Source of the DNA: a virus
Taxonomy: Duplodnaviria > Caudoviricetes
IMG/VR virus record: IMGVR_UViG_3300029171_000043
Span: 1 to 26,702 of that record
DNA: 26,702 nucleotides
Direction: 5' to 3' (one strand)
Part shown: in pieces, positions 25,248 to 26,702 of the stretch
Numbering within the stretch: the stretch's first letter is position 1
Layout: every line of letters starts with the position of its first letter
Made by a program: the position numbers and the translations under genes
Notes under the pieces: generated by a model
Told to the model about the DNA's origin: nothing
Databases searched by the model: none
The model's input: the letters and a program-made list of their open reading frames with translations, nothing else

Positions 25248-25254
25248 TATTTAT
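25248..25254 (+). promoter_or_regulatory. TATTTAT putative late promoter
   Basis: 16 nt before ATG 25271. Confidence 0.6.
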
Positions 25255-25270
25255 ATAAAAGACTTTAACG

Positions 25271-25636
25271 ATGTATTCTCAAACGCTTAAAAACAAATTT
25301 TTTATTAAAAGAAACGACACGCTTCCAACACTTGAAATAGTTGTTGTCGATAGAGAATGTCTTGGATCTAAAGTGCCATTTAATTTAAGTGGTGTAACAG
25401 CTTGCACATTTAGCATGTCCTCCCAACAAGGCGATATGAAAATAATGGCTAAAACCGCTAATATTATTTCAACTACTGGTGGATCAATAAGTTATTCTTG
25501 GGATGAAGAAGACACTAATGAAAGTGGCATGTTCAACGGAGAATTTCAATTAATGTTTGATAATGGCGGAAGAATGTCAATTCCACAAATAGGAAGCATC
25601 GCTATTGAAATCGGTAAAGACGTTAACAATTTTTAA
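25271..25636 (+). CDS. BppU N-terminal-like (baseplate/fibre adaptor) domain protein
   Basis: FFIKRNDTLP.L...FNLSG...TFSM...GSISYSW...DT..SGMFNGEF..MF..G..MSIP is a typical pattern of this family. Confidence 0.7.
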   Translation: MYSQTLKNKFFIKRNDTLPTLEIVVVDRECLGSKVPFNLSGVTACTFSMSSQQGDMKIMAKTANIISTTGGSISYSWDEEDTNESGMFNGEFQLMFDNGGRMSIPQIGSIAIEIGKDVNNF

Positions 25637-26694
25637 AGAGCCTTAATAAATCCTAAAATTTCTGATTTTCCAATCAAAACAACTAAATTATTTACAACTT
25701 TCCACTTAGATTCATTTAACTCCTGGAGCTGCTTATCAGCTCCATTTTTATTATAGGTCCAACCAGACTTAATTTCTATTTGCTTTCCTCTAAACTCAAA
25801 ATCTGTATGATAAACATGTGTTTCACATTTATATTCATATTCAAAACTTTGCCCTTGTTGAACCTCGTTTAATAATCCTTTTTCTTCAATAAGTTCAAGA
25901 AAATATTTTTCGTAGGAACCATTATAATATAGATTACTGTCTTTATATTTTTTTACTCTATATTGAGCCTTTTGGTGTTTTAAAAACATATTACCATCTT
26001 TTAAGTGGTGTGAAACACCAAAGTTTTCCATTGACGTATCTTTCTTTTTTTGTTTTATTTCTTCGTTTTGAGAAACATTTTCAACACCGTATTTGTTTTT
26101 TATAGATGTATTAAATTTTTCTTTTATACCCTTATTTTGCATACCATATTCTACGCCGTATTTTTCTAAATTTGTTTTATTTTGCTTGTTCATTATTTCT
26201 GGCAACTGCAAATGATGATCAACGCCAAATTTTTCTTTTATAGTTTTTTTAACCTTTAATTTTATACCCTCATTTTGAGACGCATACTCAGTTCCAAATT
26301 TTGACATATTTGTGTTTCTCATTTTTTGTTTTATCTCTTCACTCTGAGCAGGATTTTCAACACCGTACTCTTTCATAATTGTTTTTTTTATTTTTTTCTT
26401 CACATTATCCAATTGGAACACGTTATCGACTCCAAATTTTTCTTTTACGGCAACTTTAGATGATTGAATACGTGTGTTTATGTTTTCTGGTAAAGCCGCC
26501 CAATCTTTTCTACATTTTTCAGAACACAATTTACGATCATCTTTTTTTCTGATTTCAAATTTTTCTTTACAAAAAACACACTCACGCTTTTCTCGTGAGT
26601 TTATTTTCTTTAATTCATCAGCGCATTTCCTGGAACATGTTTTCATTCCATGTTTTGGGTTGTCATTACCACAAAAAAGACATTTATTTTTCAT
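25633..26694 (-). CDS. Putative free-standing endonuclease (two Cys-rich Zn-binding motifs + seven 23-aa K(Y/F)GV repeats + PD-(D/E)xK domain)
   Basis: CLFC...CSRKC and CVFC...CSEKC; 23-aa periodic K(Y/F)GV repeats; YHTDFEF...IEIKSGWTY. Paralogue of 3..1067. Confidence 0.8.
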   Translation of the reverse strand: MKNKCLFCGNDNPKHGMKTCSRKCADELKKINSREKRECVFCKEKFEIRKKDDRKLCSEKCRKDWAALPENINTRIQSSKVAVKEKFGVDNVFQLDNVKKKIKKTIMKEYGVENPAQSEEIKQKMRNTNMSKFGTEYASQNEGIKLKVKKTIKEKFGVDHHLQLPEIMNKQNKTNLEKYGVEYGMQNKGIKEKFNTSIKNKYGVENVSQNEEIKQKKKDTSMENFGVSHHLKDGNMFLKHQKAQYRVKKYKDSNLYYNGSYEKYFLELIEEKGLLNEVQQGQSFEYEYKCETHVYHTDFEFRGKQIEIKSGWTYNKNGADKQLQELNESKWKVVNNLVVLIGKSEILGFIKAL

Positions 26695-26702
26695 ATTAAT
26701 CA

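Noticed and set aside
1-26702. Genome-wide stop-codon reassignment
   Set aside because: Long genes are intact under code 11, TAA ends most genes and TGA ends two plausibly. Only single isolated internal stops were found, and these are reported separately.

Overview
AT-rich, densely coding window from a large T4-like (jumbo-type) myophage, probably infecting a Bacteroidetes host. A long minus-strand block (24104 down to 1064) carries about 15 fibre, lectin and other putative virion-surface genes. It continues into an intein-interrupted large terminase, a T4 gp20-like portal with a long acidic tail, an Hc1-like basic protein and a few small genes. A divergent plus-strand unit encodes a gp19-like tail tube, a hypothetical protein and a BppU-like protein. 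Two paralogous '23-aa KYGV-repeat + PD-(D/E)xK' nucleases bracket the block, both pointing inward. Signals not in the ORF track: (1) a TATTTAT motif on the coding strand upstream of 11 late genes, which is the reverse complement of the T4 late-promoter core; (2) a Bacteroidetes-type promoter with a T11 spacer tract; (3) a missed 46-aa ribbon-helix-helix gene; (4) two reading frames broken by single in-frame stops (TAG 22511-22513, TAA 1648-1650); (5) a shaft module shared by six fibre genes; (6) a three-gene module with a shared N-terminal domain and RNYxNP termini; (7) a small hairpin abutting a fibre start codon. No rRNA, tRNA, CRISPR array or reverse transcriptase was recognised. All assignments come from reading motifs by eye; no database searches were run.
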